This document shows, piece after piece, positions 31,631 to 44,399 of a stretch of 64,000 bases of DNA. Where the stretch lies: assembly GCA_963785725.1 (NCBI GenBank), contig CAWAWS010000006.1, positions 256,001 to 320,000 of the forward strand, in the 5' to 3' direction. Each line of letters opens with the position of its first letter. The stretch's first letter is position 1. Origin of the DNA: an uncultured delta proteobacterium. Lineage in GTDB: Bacteria; Myxococcota_A; Polyangia; Palsa-1104. The translations under genes were made by a program, and so were the position numbers. The notes beneath the pieces are model-generated. The model saw nothing but the letters and a program-made list of their open reading frames with translations. It ran no database searches and was not told where the DNA came from.

Positions 31631-32446
31631 TTAGTGCGTGACGACGCCGGGAAGCTCGGGCGCCGCGTCGTTGCTGCCGCGCTTGGGCGCGATGTACGAC
31701 GTCAGCTCGAGCGCGCAGCGGCCGAGATCGGTGTCGGCTTCGAGGCGCAAGAGCGGGCGATCGCGATCGTCGCCGAGGAAGATCGTCAGCTTGCGCGCGG
31801 CCGGCTGCGTCCGCGCGCGGCCGTTGTCCTCGATGCGCGTGGCCACGCCCTCGATGCGAATGGCCGCGCGCGCCGGACCCTCGCCGTCGCGGTCGAGATG
31901 CACGCTCACGCCGCGCTTGACGTCGAGCTTGACGCGCCACAAGGCGGCGCCGTCGAGGACGTCGAGATCGATCTGCTGCCCGTCGAGCAACGGCAGCGCC
32001 CGCAGCGCGAAGAAGCCGCTCAACGGATCGCGCGCCACTTGCGACAGCACGTGCTTGCCTTTGACCTGTTTTTGCGGCGACCAGACGTCGACTTCGGCGC
32101 GCCGGCCATCCATCGTCGACGTCACGCGCCGCTCGCGCATGCCGCTCTCGTGCTCGCTCACGCTCAACGGCAACAGGCTCGCCGTATCGACGACGAGCTG
32201 GTAATCGTCGCTCACTTTGGCCAGCAGCTTGATGAACGCCGTCGTCTCCGCTTCGCCGTGCACGGCCAGCACGCGCTTGTCGCCTTGCGCGACGGGACGA
32301 CCGACCGACATGCGCGCGCGCCCGCCTTCGATGGGCCCGATCGAAAACTTGAAGGTGAACGCTTCGCCCGGCCGCGCGCCCGGATGTGCCGTCGCGCTCG
32401 GCCCGACCAGCGTCATGAGGACGAGCGTCGTCGTCGCGAGGCGCAT
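31631..32446 (-). CDS. DUF3108-like secreted protein
   Basis: Signal peptide, PGEAFTF, RDPLSGFFALR, GDDRDRPLLRLE. Confidence 0.7.
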   Translation of the reverse strand: MRLATTTLVLMTLVGPSATAHPGARPGEAFTFKFSIGPIEGGRARMSVGRPVAQGDKRVLAVHGEAETTAFIKLLAKVSDDYQLVVDTASLLPLSVSEHESGMRERRVTSTMDGRRAEVDVWSPQKQVKGKHVLSQVARDPLSGFFALRALPLLDGQQIDLDVLDGAALWRVKLDVKRGVSVHLDRDGEGPARAAIRIEGVATRIEDNGRARTQPAARKLTIFLGDDRDRPLLRLEADTDLGRCALELTSYIAPKRGSNDAAPELPGVVTH

Positions 32447-32494
32447 GCTGCTTAGACTGCGCGAACCAGCGGCGGATTCAAGTATGCTGTCGCC

Positions 32495-33439
32495 GTGAGC
32501 TTCGACGAGCCAGCGCGTCCGCGAATCGGCGTCACGATGGGAGATCCGGCCGGCATCGGGCCCGAGTTGGTGCGCGCGGTCTGCGCCGGCGCCGGCGACG
32601 TCGTCATCTTCGGCGACGGCAAGCAGCTGGCCGGCTTGGACGCCAACGTCGTCGCCGTCACCGCGCTCGACGACGTCACGCCGGGCGCGCCGACGACGGT
32701 GACGGGGCGCGCGCAGCTCGCCTATCTCGACGCGGCCGTCGCCGAAGCGCGCGCCGGCCGGCTCGACGCCATCGTCACGGCGCCGATCCACAAGGCCTCG
32801 TGCATCGCCGCCGGCTTCGCGTTCCCCGGGCACACCGAGTTCCTGCAGGATCGCCTGGGCGCGCCGGCGGTGACGATGATGTTCGCCGGTCCGCGCATGC
32901 GCGTGTCGTTGGCGACGATTCACCACGCGCTGTCGGCCGTCCCGCGCGAGCTCGACATCGCCGGCGTGACGACGGCGATCGCGCAGACGGCGACGGCGCT
33001 GGCGCGCGACTTCGGCATCGCCGCGCCGCGCGTGGCCGTCGCCGGCTTGAATCCGCACGCCGGCGAAGCGGGCCACTTCGGCGACGAAGAGGCGCGCGTC
33101 ATCGTGCCCGCCATCGCCGCCGCGCGCGTCGTGCTGGCCGCCGCCAACATCGCCGCCGACGTGAGCGGCCCGCACGTGCCCGACGCCGTCTTTCGCGCCC
33201 ACCTCGACGGTCGCTACGACGCGGTCATCGCCATGTATCACGATCAAGGGCTGATTCCGGTGAAGCTCATCGACTTCGACGAAGCCGTGAACGTGACGCT
33301 GGGCCTGCCGATCGTGCGCACGTCGCCCGATCACGGCGTGGCCTACGACATCGCCGGCAAGGGCTTGGCGCGCCCGACGTCGTTCGCGGCGGCGCTGCGC
33401 CTGGCGCGCCAGCTCGTCGCCGGCCGCAGCCAGCGCTGA
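32495..33439 (+). CDS. pdxA: 4-hydroxythreonine-4-phosphate dehydrogenase
   Basis: TMGDPAGIGPE, TAPIHK, GHTEFL, GLNPHAGE, MYHDQGL, RTSPDHG. Confidence 0.95.
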   Translation: MSFDEPARPRIGVTMGDPAGIGPELVRAVCAGAGDVVIFGDGKQLAGLDANVVAVTALDDVTPGAPTTVTGRAQLAYLDAAVAEARAGRLDAIVTAPIHKASCIAAGFAFPGHTEFLQDRLGAPAVTMMFAGPRMRVSLATIHHALSAVPRELDIAGVTTAIAQTATALARDFGIAAPRVAVAGLNPHAGEAGHFGDEEARVIVPAIAAARVVLAAANIAADVSGPHVPDAVFRAHLDGRYDAVIAMYHDQGLIPVKLIDFDEAVNVTLGLPIVRTSPDHGVAYDIAGKGLARPTSFAAALRLARQLVAGRSQR

Positions 33440-33443
33440 ATCG

Positions 33444-33941
33444 CTAACGCGGCTTGGGTTTGCCGTCGTGCGCGCCTTTGGGCGAGTAGGGCGCGTCGGC
33501 CCACCACTCGGCGTCGCCGACGACGGCGCGGCGCTCGGGATTGAGCGGGTAGAAGATGCGATTGTCGGCCTTGGTCGTCTCGCCGCCGACGAGCATGACA
33601 ACGTCGCGCGCGCCGTCGTTGATGAACGTGTGACAGATGCCGGTGCCGGCGGGAAACGCCGCCAAATCGCCGGCGCGCATGGCGAAGATCTCGCCGTCGA
33701 TCCAGGCGCTGACTTCGCCCTCGAGGACATAGACGAGCTCTTCCTCTTTTTCTTCGCAGTGCGGATAACTCGAGCGCGTGCCCGGCGGAAGCCTTACGAG
33801 GTGTAGGCCGATCTTCTGCAGCCCCGCGGCGCGACCGAGGTCGCGGTCGTAGCGTTGGTCCTCGTCGGTGCCGGGATAGCGCTTTTGCTGCTCGACGACG
33901 TCTTGGCTGCGGATGATGAGATTAGGTCGCCGCTCGCTCAT
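33444..33941 (-). CDS. Cupin domain protein
   Basis: SSYPHCEEKEEELVYVLEG and FPAGTGICHTFIN cupin motifs; TACCAT 6 nt upstream. Confidence 0.88.
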   Translation of the reverse strand: MSERRPNLIIRSQDVVEQQKRYPGTDEDQRYDRDLGRAAGLQKIGLHLVRLPPGTRSSYPHCEEKEEELVYVLEGEVSAWIDGEIFAMRAGDLAAFPAGTGICHTFINDGARDVVMLVGGETTKADNRIFYPLNPERRAVVGDAEWWADAPYSPKGAHDGKPKPR

Positions 33942-33998
33942 GACCCTATGGTAAGATGATCCGCCCCCTATGCGCACGAGCATTACGGGGGCCCGTGC

Positions 33999-36858
<2,860 letters not shown>

Positions 36859-36863
36859 AGCGC

Positions 36864-37619
36864 GTGATCTCGTCCGTGCCGTCGCTGCCGCTGTCGGTGG
36901 TCGAGGCGCTGGCGCTGACGGTGGCGACGTTCGTGGCGCTGACGGCGGCGGGCACGGCGACGGCCGATTGGGGCGCCGCCGGCCTCGCGGCCTCCGAGCT
37001 CGTCGCCGTGCTCTTGCCGACGCTGGCGTGGCTCGCATGGCGCCGGCCGCCGCGCGCGACGCTCGGCCTGCAGAGCGCGCGGCTCGTGCCGATGCTGGGC
37101 GCGCTGGTCGCCGGACTGGGCGCGTTCTACCTCGTCGCCGTCGCGCTCGAGCCGCTGATGGAGCGCGTCATTCCCACGCCGCCGGAGCTCAAGCGCGCGC
37201 TCGAGCAGCTGATCGTGCCGCCGTCGGGCTTACGGCCGTTGCCGCTCGATCTGCTGGCGTTCGCGCTCGTGCCGGCTGTCGCCGAGGAGCTGCTCTTTCG
37301 CGGCGTCCTGTTCGGCGCCTTACGCGGCAAGCTGCCGGCATGGCTCGCAGTGCTGGTGAGCGCGCTCGCCTTTGCCGCTTATCACGGCTCGCTGCCGCAC
37401 CTCTTGCCGGCGCTCGCAGGCGGCGTTCTGCTCGGCGCCGTGCGCGTGGCGTCGCGTCGGCTCGCGCCCGCGATCGCGTTTCATTTCGCCAACAACGCCG
37501 CCGTCGTCATCGCGCTGCGGCACGGCATGTCGACACCTGCCGTCGCGGTCGGACCGCTCGTCGCGGCCACGCTCGCCGTCGCTGGCGGAGCGTGGCTGTT
37601 CTCGTGTCTTTCGCCTTAA
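36864..37619 (+). CDS. CPBP family intramembrane glutamic endopeptidase (CAAX protease/Abi)
   Basis: EELLFRG, FAAYH and HFANN motifs; start approximate. Confidence 0.85.
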   Translation: MISSVPSLPLSVVEALALTVATFVALTAAGTATADWGAAGLAASELVAVLLPTLAWLAWRRPPRATLGLQSARLVPMLGALVAGLGAFYLVAVALEPLMERVIPTPPELKRALEQLIVPPSGLRPLPLDLLAFALVPAVAEELLFRGVLFGALRGKLPAWLAVLVSALAFAAYHGSLPHLLPALAGGVLLGAVRVASRRLAPAIAFHFANNAAVVIALRHGMSTPAVAVGPLVAATLAVAGGAWLFSCLSP

Positions 37620-37690
37620 CATTGGGTCTCGTTCGGTACCCGCGAATACTCTTTGCGCAGCGGTTCCCGTACTGTTAGGATGAATACATT

Positions 37691-38383
37691 ATGGCGCAGG
37701 ATGAGAAGCGGGCGCTCTGGTACATCAAGAAAATCCCGCTGTTCCAAGACGTTTCCCACGATACGATCCATAAACTGGTCCAGAGCATCGAGCTCAAAGA
37801 GGTGCGTCGCCGTCAGGTGATCTACCTCCCAGGCGACCCCGGCCAAGCCGTGTATTTCGTCAACGGCGGGCGCGTGAAGATTTCGAAGGTCACGCGCGAC
37901 GGCAAGGAGCTGACGCTCGCTTACCGCGGACCCGGCGAGATCTTCGGCGAGCTGGTCATGATCGACGGCGGCCCGCGCGAAGAGATGGCCGAGGCGATGG
38001 AGAACGCGCTCGTCACCGAGATCGATCGCGCCGAGTTCGAGAAGATCGTCCAAAAAGAGGGCGTCATCGGCTTTCGGCTGACCAAGATCGTGTCGCAGCG
38101 GCGGCGTGACGTCGAAAACAAGATCGAGCAGCTGATCTTCAAGGACGTCAACGCCAAGCTGGCCGAGCTGCTCTTGCGCTTGGCGACGGAATACGGCATC
38201 GACGACTCGCGCGGGACGTTGGTTGCGCTCAAGATTACCCATCAAGAGATGGCAAACTTGATCGGGTCCACGCGTGAGACGGTGTCGCTGACGCTGTCGC
38301 AGTTCAAGCGCAAGGGGCTCATTCAAACCGAAGGGCGCAAAGTGATCCTCGCCGACCGCGAAGGGTTGCGCGCGCTGGCCTAA
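37691..38383 (+). CDS. Crp/Fnr family transcriptional regulator
   Basis: cNMP domain (GEIFGE...R) and HTH ITHQEMANLIGSTRETVS. Confidence 0.93.
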   Translation: MAQDEKRALWYIKKIPLFQDVSHDTIHKLVQSIELKEVRRRQVIYLPGDPGQAVYFVNGGRVKISKVTRDGKELTLAYRGPGEIFGELVMIDGGPREEMAEAMENALVTEIDRAEFEKIVQKEGVIGFRLTKIVSQRRRDVENKIEQLIFKDVNAKLAELLLRLATEYGIDDSRGTLVALKITHQEMANLIGSTRETVSLTLSQFKRKGLIQTEGRKVILADREGLRALA

Positions 38384-38386
38384 GCG

Positions 38387-39547
38387 ATGGCGATCAAGCT
38401 GGGCGAGCTGTTGATCGAGGCCGGTGTCATCGACCGCACGCAGCTCGCGCAAGCGCTGCAGCATCAGCGCACCTACGGCGGCCGCCTGGGCACGAACTTG
38501 GTCGAGCTCGGCATCCTCGACGAGAAGACGGTGGCGTCGGTGCTCGCGAAGCAGATGAGCATCCCGTCGGCGACGGCGGCGCAATTGGACCGCTGCGACC
38601 CGGCGGCGCTGCGCCTCTTGCGCGCGGAAGTGGCGGAGCGGCTGCGCGCCGTGCCGCTGCGCGAGGACGCCGGCCGTTTGTGGGTGGCGATGGCCGATCC
38701 GACCGATCAGATGGCGCTCAAGGAGCTCGAGCGCCTCGTCGGTAAGCCGATCCGCGCGATGGTAGCGCCCGAGCTCTTGATTCAGTACGCGCTCGAGAAG
38801 CACTTTGCCGTGCGTCGTAAGCCGCGCGTCATGACGGTGCGTGAAGGCAGCGGGCTGCTCGACTTCGACGGGCATCGCGCGCCGCGCATCACGACGACCG
38901 CGCCGCCGCCGCCGCCGGCCGGCAAAAAAGGGCCACCGCCGCCGCCGAAGCAGGAAGCGCCGGTGTGGAATTGGTACGGCAGCGAGAATCCGCAAGTCGA
39001 TGCGGTCGAGTCGCTGTCCGGCTATCTCGACGAGCATGAGAAGCCGGCGCAGCCGAAGCGTGAGCGGCCGCCGCTCAAGGTCGTCGCCGAGAGGCTGCTC
39101 ATGGCCGAGACCGACGAGGCGGTGTTCGACGTCGCGCTGTCGTATGTCGGCATCGACGCGCAGCGGCTGGCGGCGTTCCTACTGCGCAACGGCAACTTGG
39201 TCGGCTGGAAAGGGCACGGCGTCGACGAGGCGCAGCTGAAGAAGGTCAAGATCAAGCTCGACGAAGCGCCCATGGTCGCCGGCGTGCTCGCCAGCGGTCA
39301 GGCGTGGGTCGGGCGCGTGCAGCTCGAAGACCTGGGCGCGCTGGCGACGCCGCTCGGTGTGCGCGAGGAGGGGCTCGGCGTCGTGCTGCCGGTGCGCATC
39401 GGCAAGCGCGCGGTCGCGGCCGTCGTCGGGCTCGAGGCGTCGAGCGACATCATGAAGCACGCGAGCACGATCAATAAGCTCGCCAACAAGATCGATCAGG
39501 CGCTGCACATTGGCTACCTGCGCCGCCAAATTTTGTCGGACGAGTGA
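38387..39547 (+). CDS. MshEN (GSPII_E N-terminal) domain protein without ATPase
   Basis: Tandem KLGELLIEAG...Q / RLGTNLVELG...Q motifs, VAMADP; the C-terminal domain has no Walker A. Confidence 0.8.
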   Translation: MAIKLGELLIEAGVIDRTQLAQALQHQRTYGGRLGTNLVELGILDEKTVASVLAKQMSIPSATAAQLDRCDPAALRLLRAEVAERLRAVPLREDAGRLWVAMADPTDQMALKELERLVGKPIRAMVAPELLIQYALEKHFAVRRKPRVMTVREGSGLLDFDGHRAPRITTTAPPPPPAGKKGPPPPPKQEAPVWNWYGSENPQVDAVESLSGYLDEHEKPAQPKRERPPLKVVAERLLMAETDEAVFDVALSYVGIDAQRLAAFLLRNGNLVGWKGHGVDEAQLKKVKIKLDEAPMVAGVLASGQAWVGRVQLEDLGALATPLGVREEGLGVVLPVRIGKRAVAAVVGLEASSDIMKHASTINKLANKIDQALHIGYLRRQILSDE

Positions 39548-39577
39548 AAACGCCGCGATCGGCCCGCTCGCGGCGTT

Positions 39578-40750
39578 TCAGCCGAAGTCTAGCGGGTCGG
39601 CGGCTTCGTCGTCTCGCGCTTGCTTCTTGTCCGCTTGCACTTTACGGACGTAGCGCACGAGCGGGTCGACGTAGGCGTCGAACGGCGGACAGCGCACGCT
39701 CCACGGCTCGCCCGAGAGCAGCGTCAGCGTGTGGCGACAATTGTAGAGCGCGAGGTGATTGAAGGCCTCGAGGAACGCCAGCGGCGCCCGCGCCAGCCGC
39801 TCGAGCCCGGGCGCCTTCAAGAGCGCGCGCGCCAAGCCCGTCGGAATCACGCCGCGCGGCGCCTTCTTGTCGGCGCGCTGCGCCACGAGCTCGTAGACGG
39901 TGCGCGCGGCGAACGGCGCCGGGTCGGTCAGGTGGAACGTGCCACCGACGGCTCGCGCGTCACGCGACAGCGCCACGGCGGCGTCGATGACGAAGTCGAT
40001 CGGCACCAAATTCAGCGGTGCCGAGCCGCGACCGGGCAGCGGCAAGTGCACGTCGATCGGCGACGAAACGATGAGCACGAGCAGGTAATACGGCCCGTCG
40101 AACTTGTCGATCTCACCCGAGCGCGAGTCGCCGACGATGATTCCCGGCCGCAAGATCGTGATCGGCAGCCGGCGCGCGGCGTCGCGGGCCAGCCGCTCGG
40201 CGCGGAACTTGGTCTCCTCGTAGAAGTTGCGAAAGCGCTGCCCGCAGTCGAGCTCCTCTTCGAGGATGACGCCCGAGCGCGCGCCCGACACCTGCGACGT
40301 CGACCAATGCATGAAGCGGCGCAGCTTCGTACAGTCGCCGGCCAGCTCCAGCATCGTGCGCGTGCCGTCGACGTTGACGCGCTCCAGCTGATCTTTTTGC
40401 GCCCCCAAATAATAGACGGCCGCCGTGTGATGAATCGCCGTCACTTCCGCGGCCAGCGCCTTGTATTCGCCGCCGGCGAGGCCGAGATCCATCGACGCCA
40501 CGTCGCCTTCGAGGATGCGCACGCGCGCCGCCTGCTCGGGCGGCAGCGCGGCCACGAAGGCGTCGGCGTCGGCGCGGAACTTCTCGAGCACGAGCAAATA
40601 GACCTGCTCGTGACGATCGGTCGCCAACAGCTGCTCCGTCAGTCGCCGCGCCGTGAACGCGGGAAAGCCGGTCACGAGCGAGACGTCGTGATGCGACTCG
40701 CCGTTGCTCTTGCCGTTGCTTTTACCGTTGCTGCCGCTGTCGTTCGTCAT
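39578..40750 (-). CDS. Extended SDR oxidoreductase (thioester-reductase/male-sterility-like)
   Basis: VTGFPAF, VNVDGT, YEETK, RPGIIVGDS; ATG overlaps the coaE stop. Confidence 0.85.
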   Translation of the reverse strand: MTNDSGSNGKSNGKSNGESHHDVSLVTGFPAFTARRLTEQLLATDRHEQVYLLVLEKFRADADAFVAALPPEQAARVRILEGDVASMDLGLAGGEYKALAAEVTAIHHTAAVYYLGAQKDQLERVNVDGTRTMLELAGDCTKLRRFMHWSTSQVSGARSGVILEEELDCGQRFRNFYEETKFRAERLARDAARRLPITILRPGIIVGDSRSGEIDKFDGPYYLLVLIVSSPIDVHLPLPGRGSAPLNLVPIDFVIDAAVALSRDARAVGGTFHLTDPAPFAARTVYELVAQRADKKAPRGVIPTGLARALLKAPGLERLARAPLAFLEAFNHLALYNCRHTLTLLSGEPWSVRCPPFDAYVDPLVRYVRKVQADKKQARDDEAADPLDFG

Positions 40751-41355
40751 TCCCGTTTCCCCGCCGCCACGACTTCGGCCCATACGCGGCCGGTCGCTTC
40801 ACGCGTCTCGGCCAGCGTCCCATTGGAATCGATGACCCAGTCGGCCACCGCCACTTTTTGCGCCAGCGGCCATTGCGCCGCCATGCGCGCGTCCGCTTCT
40901 TCCGCGCTCAACCCGTCGCGCGCCATCAATCGCGCTCGCTGCGTCGGCTCGCTGCAGGCGACGACGATGAGCCCATCGAGCCCGGCCTGCGCGCCGTTCT
41001 CGACGAGCAGCGCCGCTTCGTACACCGCCAGCGGCTCGCCCGCGTCGCGCAGCGCCGCAAGCCGCGCCTGCGTCTCGGCGGCGATGCGCGGGTGCGTGAT
41101 CGCGTTCAGCTTGCGCCGCTCGTCGACGTCGGCGAAGACGCGCGCGCCCAAGCGTTTGCGATCGAGCGAGCCGTCGGGCAGCAAATATTCCGAGCCGAAG
41201 CGGGCGACGAGCTCGGCCAACGCCGGCTGACCGGGCGCCACCACGTCGCGAGCGATCTGATCGGCATCCACCACGCGGGCTCCCAATTCGACCAGGATTT
41301 TGGCGGCCGTCGACTTGCCGGAGGCGATCCCGCCGGTGAGACCGATCACGCGCAT
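40747..41355 (-). CDS. coaE: Dephospho-CoA kinase
   Basis: GLTGGIASGKST, DADQIAR, LDRKRLG, ITHP. Confidence 0.95.
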   Translation of the reverse strand: MRVIGLTGGIASGKSTAAKILVELGARVVDADQIARDVVAPGQPALAELVARFGSEYLLPDGSLDRKRLGARVFADVDERRKLNAITHPRIAAETQARLAALRDAGEPLAVYEAALLVENGAQAGLDGLIVVACSEPTQRARLMARDGLSAEEADARMAAQWPLAQKVAVADWVIDSNGTLAETREATGRVWAEVVAAGKRE

Positions 41356-41383
41356 GCGTTCTAATGATACTAACACCACCATC

Positions 41384-42028
<645 letters not shown>

Positions 42029-42038
42029 GATGACCTGA

Positions 42039-43037
42039 GTGGCGGCCGAGCAAGAGGCGGGGGAAAAGGAAAAGAAGGGCGGCGGCAACGTGCGCGTGGT
42101 CATCGCCGCGCTCGCGGTCAACGTCGCCATCGCGGCCTGCAAGTTCGTCGCGGCCGTCTTGTCGGGCTCGACGGCGATGCTGGCCGAAGCCTTCCACTCG
42201 TCGGCCGACACCGCGAACCAGATCTTCCTGCTCATCGGCATGCGCAAGAGCGCGCGCCCGGCCGATCGCAACCACCCCTTCGGTCACGGCCCCGAGACCT
42301 ACTTTTGGGCCTTCATGGTGGCGCTGTGCATCTTCGCGCTCGGCGGCTACGTCAGCGTCGCCGAAGGCGTGTCGAAGATCCTCCATCGCCACGACGCCGG
42401 CGCCACCGCGCTGCACGATCCGCGGCCGGCCTACATCATCCTCGGCATCTCGTTCTTGCTCGAGAGCTACTCGTTCTCGGTGGCGATGAAGGAGTTCCGC
42501 CACATTCGCGCCGGCCGCGGCATTCGCCGCACGCTGCAGGAGGCGCGCGATCCGACGGTGTTGACCGTCATGTTCGAGGATCTGGCGGCGCTGTTCGGCC
42601 TCGCCGTCGCCTTCATCGGCGTCTGGCTCACCCATCGCACCGGCGACTCGGTGTACGACGGCGCGGCCTCGATCGTCGTCGGCGTGGCGCTGGGCTCGGT
42701 CGCCTTCGTGCTCGGCCGCGACACGAAGAGCCTGCTCGTCGGCCGCAGCATGAACGAGCGCGAAGAGGGCATCGTCCGCCAAATCGTCAGCCAGCACCGC
42801 GACGTGACCGAGCTCGTCCACTTGCGCACGATGCACATGGGTCCGCACGAGGTCATCGCCGCCATCAAGGTCCGCTTCGACGGCAGCCTCGACGTGCGCC
42901 GCCTGGAGACGACGATCAACGAGATCGAGGCGGAATTACGCGCCGCGCTGCCGCAATTGCGTCGCATTTACATCGAGCCCGGCTTCGACGAGGAGGCTGT
43001 GCGCGCTGCGCGGCGCGTGCCGCCCGGACGTAACTGA
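42039..43037 (+). CDS. Cation diffusion facilitator family transporter
   Basis: AEAFHSSADT, HPFGHG, EDLAAL; TAGGAT 7 nt upstream of the GTG. Confidence 0.92.
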   Translation: MAAEQEAGEKEKKGGGNVRVVIAALAVNVAIAACKFVAAVLSGSTAMLAEAFHSSADTANQIFLLIGMRKSARPADRNHPFGHGPETYFWAFMVALCIFALGGYVSVAEGVSKILHRHDAGATALHDPRPAYIILGISFLLESYSFSVAMKEFRHIRAGRGIRRTLQEARDPTVLTVMFEDLAALFGLAVAFIGVWLTHRTGDSVYDGAASIVVGVALGSVAFVLGRDTKSLLVGRSMNEREEGIVRQIVSQHRDVTELVHLRTMHMGPHEVIAAIKVRFDGSLDVRRLETTINEIEAELRAALPQLRRIYIEPGFDEEAVRAARRVPPGRN

Positions 43038-43519
43038 TGGCCACGCGCGAGCGGCAGCGGCGCTACGAGATCGTCCCCATGCGCGCCACCGATCTGGACG
43101 CGATCATGGACATCGAGCGGGTCAGCTTTCGCGCGCCCTGGTCGCGGCAGGTGTTCGTCGAGGAGCTCGATCGCGACTGGGCGCACGTCGACGTTCTGCG
43201 CGAGCGGCAGGGCGACACGAGCGTGATCGCGTTCGTGAACTATTGGCTCGTGCGCGACGAGGTGCACGTCCTCAACGTGGCGGCGCATCCGAACGCGCGT
43301 CGCCAAGGGCACGCGTCGAGGCTGCTCGAGCACGTGATCGCGTTCGCCAATCGCCACAAATGTCGCTACGTGACGCTGGAGGTGCGCCGCTCGAACGCCG
43401 GCGCCATTCGGCTCTACCGCAAATATGGCTTCCGGCCCGTCGGCGTGCGGCCCAACTATTACGTCGAGGACAACGAGGACGCGATCGTCATGCTCCTCGA
43501 GCTCACGTCGCCCATCTAA
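43037..43519 (+). CDS. rimI: Ribosomal protein S18 alanine N-acetyltransferase
   Basis: PWS, NVAAHP..RRQG, LEVRRSN, RPNYY, EDAIVM. Confidence 0.9.
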   Translation: MATRERQRRYEIVPMRATDLDAIMDIERVSFRAPWSRQVFVEELDRDWAHVDVLRERQGDTSVIAFVNYWLVRDEVHVLNVAAHPNARRQGHASRLLEHVIAFANRHKCRYVTLEVRRSNAGAIRLYRKYGFRPVGVRPNYYVEDNEDAIVMLLELTSPI

Positions 43520-43532
43520 CGAATATTGGCGC

Positions 43533-44399
43533 TTACAGCGACGGCAGCTTGAACGTCAGCGCCATCGTCGTGGGCGGCTTTTGCACGAAGCCGAGCGGCG
43601 TCGACTCCGTCCGCGTGCCGTAGTAAATCGCCACCGCCGCGCCGCCGGCCGCCAGCGCGCCGCCGATCGCCGCCCACACGTACCAGCGCTTGTACCAAAC
43701 GACCGAGCCCGACTCGCGCACCATCGTCGCGTGCACTTCCACTTTGTCGTCGGGCAGGACGTCGACGCGCGCCTCGAAGGGCAAGAAGCCGCCCTTCGAC
43801 ACCTTGAGCGCGTAGGTTCCCGGCGCGCGCACTTTGAGCGGCTCCTTGAGCGGCGTCTTGCCGGCGGCCTCGTTGTTCAGCGTCACTGCCGCGCCCGATT
43901 CGTCGGCGACGATGGCGATCGAGCCGTAGCGACGGAAGACCTCGGGCGGAAACAGCTGGCGCAGCCACGTCAGCGCCTGCTCGTCGGAGACTTCGCTGTC
44001 CGGCGGCAATGACTCGGCCAAGCGCGCGCCGGCTTGCCCCTTTTGCGCGTCGATGCGCTGCAAGGAGATGATGACGTCGCCGAACTGCGAGACGCCGACG
44101 AGCAGCACCTCTTGCGCGCCCAGCTGCTCGCCGATGGCGCCGATGCACATGGCCTCGCCGGCGCAGCGCGCGACCTCGCTGTCGACTTTGGGGCCCAGCT
44201 TGCGCCGCGCCGCCTGCGCGTCGATGACATCGAGCGCCGCCGTCTCGCGCAGCAGCTTGGCCAGCTTCAACCCGACGTCACGCGCGCCGCGCGCGCCCGA
44301 GCGATATTCGAGCACGGCGACGCTGCGGCGAGCATCGGCGTGCGCGAGACCAAACGACAGGACGAGGAGCGCGACGAGGGTAGCTTTCATCTTCCTCAT
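43533..44399 (-). CDS. PEGA domain protein with C-terminal hydrophobic helix
   Basis: Signal peptide, PEGA-like segment (GAAVTLNNEAAGKTP...PGTYALKVSKGGF), WYKRWYVW helix; ATGA overlap with the upstream gene. Confidence 0.82.
   Translation of the reverse strand: MRKMKATLVALLVLSFGLAHADARRSVAVLEYRSGARGARDVGLKLAKLLRETAALDVIDAQAARRKLGPKVDSEVARCAGEAMCIGAIGEQLGAQEVLLVGVSQFGDVIISLQRIDAQKGQAGARLAESLPPDSEVSDEQALTWLRQLFPPEVFRRYGSIAIVADESGAAVTLNNEAAGKTPLKEPLKVRAPGTYALKVSKGGFLPFEARVDVLPDDKVEVHATMVRESGSVVWYKRWYVWAAIGGALAAGGAAVAIYYGTRTESTPLGFVQKPPTTMALTFKLPSL

Noticed and set aside
36864..37619. Abortive-infection defence system
   Set aside because: CPBP/Abi-domain proteases are common membrane peptidases, and there is no defence-island context.
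37691..38383. Naming the Crp regulator MrpC or NtcA
   Set aside because: The similarity is only family-level; there is no MrpC-type N-terminal extension or mrpAB context, and the HTH reads STRETVS.
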